DNA of 64,000 nucleotides, taken from contig NMRA01000184.1 of assembly GCA_002633005.1 (NCBI GenBank), forward strand, positions 3,255-67,254. Reading direction: 5' to 3'. The notes under the pieces were generated by a model that saw nothing but the letters and a program-made list of their open reading frames with translations, made no database searches and was not told where the DNA came from. This DNA comes from Phoronis australis (taxonomy: Eukaryota; Animalia; Phoronida). The translations under genes were made by a program, and so were the position numbers. Below, piece by piece: positions 61,001 through 64,000 of the stretch; within the stretch, counting starts at the first letter, position 1; the number at the start of each line of letters is the position of its first letter.

Positions 61001-64000
61001 CCACAAGGACAACTGTCATTCAAGACTTGCGTGGGTGAGGACGATTGTAGAATGCATGGGGAAAATGTACAGAGGGCTTCAGTTTTGCACGGTAACCAGT
61101 TGACTTGGTACTTGAGAAGCTTGGCGCTGAAGAAGCCAAAGAGTTGGAGTTTGCGATCGCAATGAACATACAGCGTAGAGGCGATGCCACGGCTCTTGGC
61201 GGATCCATCTGTAACGATCTACAGGAGTTGTGAGGTTGCGGGATGATGATGGACTTACAATCGCGTAGATCTTCTTGAGGAGACCGGAAAGCTACGACAA
61301 GATCACCAGACCATGAGATGTACTCGCGAGACTCACGGTAATCTACTTAAGAGGGTCCAAAAGTACAGCATAACCAGGCAGAACGCGGCTGAGGAGAAGT
61401 GACTAGACGACTGCCGCCATTTGGCTTCCTCACAAAGAATGTTTTCAGGTATTCGACCGTGACGCCTACTTGCTCAGGACTCGCGAAGAGGCCCGACGCC
61501 TCACCTTCATCACACTTCACGTTCAACAAGCGTATTGCGATTATAGTGAGGCACACGACCAATGTTCAAATGGCGTCGATGTTGCCTGCACTTCCCGAGA
61601 CCGTTATACATAGAAATGGAAGGGTTGAAAACGTCGTTGAACTCACAATGGAGATCTGTGAAAACCTTGCGAGTCACCTCCGACAACAAATTGTCAGTGT
61701 CTAGTGTTACGCTTGTGGAGAACGGAGGTGAACGCAGCAACTGTGGCTAGACTATGTCAGAGAACAAACTCATAGAAACTTCACTTTCGGGAGTCGAAAG
61801 TTGGCAGACCTGACACAGATGGTCCCCGGACTTGAGGAAGGGAGCACTGCTGTTGTTTTGTACTCCGACAGCATGGTCGCCAGAGAGGACCTGCTGGGGA
61901 TGTGGTTACGCTCTCTCGACAGGCTCGTGGACATGTTAACGGGGCTGTCCAGTGTTGGCTCAAGGGCCCACATGGTGTCAGGATAGGCCTCGGCCGGGGT
62001 AGATGGGCAAAGGAAGTTGCCTGTCCGTCGTGTCTATATACGAAGGATATATGCTTGAGTTTTCCTAGTTGTGGGTTGAGGGCACATGTGTGTGGACCCG
62101 CCATAGGAAACGACATTGTGTCCACCGATGGCAATCTGGCGCTTATCTGGGCGAACAGCGATGACATTCTTTGGGAGGAACGGGTTGCCGGCTTAGGACG
62201 TCTATAACAAGTTGGCAAACAACAAGGCATATAAGAAAAACACGTCCGCACCTCTCGCCAATGTGCGGTAAACCTCCCTGACTACATCCAAAGGCATGAT
62301 CGCATCTGCCTGGCGGGCCACCTGAGATGCCTGTGTCATGGTAAAACCAAACATCTGGCAAGCGGACTTTGAATCATTTTGGTTGTGGCGACTGTGTCTA
62401 ACGTGAGTTGTACAGGAAGATAATTGTGCTACAGACAACACTGGAGATTGGAGGATGGAGTCTCTGGACACGCTGGCTGATAGGATCAACGCGAGAGCAC
62501 TAAGCAATCATCAGAATCTGCCACTTCACCGTCAGTGGGATCAGGCTGTTCATATAACCGTCAACCCTGCGCACACGGGTGATATCTTTCTTGTCATCGT
62601 CAGTGAGAAACTTGCTATCAACGAGTTGAGTTTGTGAGAAGTTTAGGTACGACCAGCGGCTTTGCAAAGCCTACAAGAGAAGAAGCAGAACAAGGGATGA
62701 CAGTACGCATCGTTCTACAGTCCTCAGTGGAGCGCAGTTCGTCTAGAAGAGAGGTCATAGCTTGAGAAATTTCTTGTTTGATGGACGCCAATGTACGGTT
62801 TCTCAGCTCTGCGCCGTATTTCTGTTTGATCAATAATGGCCGGTAGACCAGGGTGCAGTCAGAGATAGGCAATCACGTTCTCAAGGGATGGGGTAATATC
62901 TTCATCGCATGTTACAGCTTCGCCTAAATGTAACATTCAACAGTTAACAGTAAGGAGGCTGTCCTTAGAAAAGGCTGTAACACATTGGAAGAAGTCCTCG
63001 GGCCGCTCTTCTGGGTGCATCAGGATTGTTGATAAGTCGAGAAAATGGGAACCGGTCGACGCAAACCTAAAGTGCTGACGGATTTTCTGCCAAATATAGT
63101 TTAGGCTGGTCGATTTACGAACGATAGAGTTTCTGTTCATATGTAATTACCATGTGATCATTTCTCAAGATTTCGTGGACAGCTGAAAGATGTTACAATA
63201 GACGACGAGATTCTAGTGTTTGGTGTTTCCGCATTATTTACTATTGCATCTGTGGAAAACTCTAGTTGTCATTCGAAAGAAATTAGAGTGGAATATGTCA
63301 TTTTAAGTACAGCAGGACACCCAGATCGTTATAAATGATATTGTCTTAAACAGGTAGGACAGTATTGAGTTACAACGCGGTCTGCGCATGTACCAACAAC
63401 CAACAGCGCGAAAGTTACGGAGTTCTTAAGAAGACTGCCGTCCATGACAGTCAAAAGCTAAATAGTTAGTAAAATGTCCCTGCTTGCGATAAGACTACCT
63501 CAGTTATTAAAGAATGCGTTTTTACCTTCGTAAAACCAGAAATTTGAAGTTTTGAACTGAACACGCCTTACCAAGTTTGTAAGAAATCGAGCATGACTAT
63601 ATAACGCTCTCGATGCAAAGTAAGGAAAGACTTTTAACTGAATAATGCTTTCATCTCTTAGATGACAAAACCAGTGCATAAGACCACTTAAGTAGGGCTA
63701 AATATTCTGCTTTGTGTTAATTTATGTTGACCATTCTCACTTTGTTTTTCAAAATTGGTGAAAGTAAAGGAAAGGTATCTTTAGATTTTTGGTTTCATGG
63801 AATCTTGTGTAAGAATTTCGACCACTAATGATGCCCGCAAAATGTTTCAATCTTGTAGATATTTGGAATCGTGTTCACGCTGTGCCAGGGCGCTCTCCGG
63901 GAGTCTCACGGTACACTGACGTCCAACCTGTTATTGTGTGCAGCGCTGTTAGTGGGAACTATTCTAACTGCCATCATAAAGTCAGAAAACAAAAGACAAG
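53167..64000 (+). CDS. FLVCR: FLVCR/SLC49A-family MFS transporter, copy 2 (3' end beyond window)
   Basis: Exons 53167-53679, 53935-54076, 54401-54538, 55828-55895, 56455-56558, 57637-57750, 59481-59586 and 63859->64000. Exon sizes and phases equal those of copy 1, splice sites are intact, and no stops occur in the visible part. Confidence 0.93.
55158..55305. repeat. 37 bp minisatellite, ~4 copies
   Basis: TTGTCAGGTTCATATTGTTGTTGACATGGTATGGTGG repeated head to tail; last copy has a deletion. Confidence 0.95.
56921..57561. mobile_element. ~640 bp MITE with ~65 bp TIRs in copy 2 intron 5
   Basis: TTGTATTTGAATTAA..ACTACTTACAAAATTAAATTCCT..AGCACCTC / GAGGTGCT..AGGAATTTAATTTTGTAAGTAGT..TTAATTCGAATACAA. 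Absent at the homologous site in copy 1 (~21745). Confidence 0.85.
57954..58027. repeat. (TA)n microsatellite
   Basis: Perfect TA run abutting the mariner TIR. Confidence 0.98.
58029..59261 (-). mobile_element. Mariner (DD34D) transposon, near full length, inactive, in copy 2 intron 6
   Basis: TIRs AGGGTCGTTCAATAAGTTCTC / GAGAACTTATTGAACGACCCT in a TA context. Transposase from ATG 59086 ([12 protein letters not shown]..) with [24 protein letters not shown] and [14 protein letters not shown], broken by stops and frameshifts. Confidence 0.95.
60600..63140 (-). mobile_element. Internally deleted Ty3/Gypsy-like LTR-retrotransposon remnant (gag-protease-partial pol) in copy 2 intron 7
   Basis: Frameshifted gag-like [30 protein letters not shown] and [22 protein letters not shown]; protease-region [10 protein letters not shown]; RT start [23 protein letters not shown]; downstream [23 protein letters not shown]. 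No LTRs recognised. Confidence 0.8.

Overview
AT-rich, intron-containing animal (probably marine invertebrate) scaffold with four N-gaps; nearly all short ORFs in the supplied track are noise. It carries two tandem, spliced FLVCR/SLC49-family MFS transporter genes (17581-26508 complete, 9 coding exons; 53167 to past the window end). Copy 2 has lost the TM7 substrate-binding tyrosine. There is also a spliced Cys-rich orphan gene (8265-9497, -), a duplicated small MGxKC/coiled-coil gene (34.9-35.7 kb and 40.4-43.7 kb), and a ~2.8 kb inverted duplication (1-2810 vs ~30955-33732) bracketing 28 kb. Transposon relics include a Hero-like RT/RLE non-LTR element, CR1/L2 fragments, mariner, Gypsy, vertnin-like and P2X7-ballast-like fragments, and MITEs. 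The most striking observation is that the Hero-like element has ~290 bp terminal direct repeats. Each contains all three core strands of a hammerhead ribozyme in a non-canonical, strand-swapped order, suggesting self-cleavage to a unit-length, possibly circular, RNA. This is a hand-folded hypothesis and is untested.
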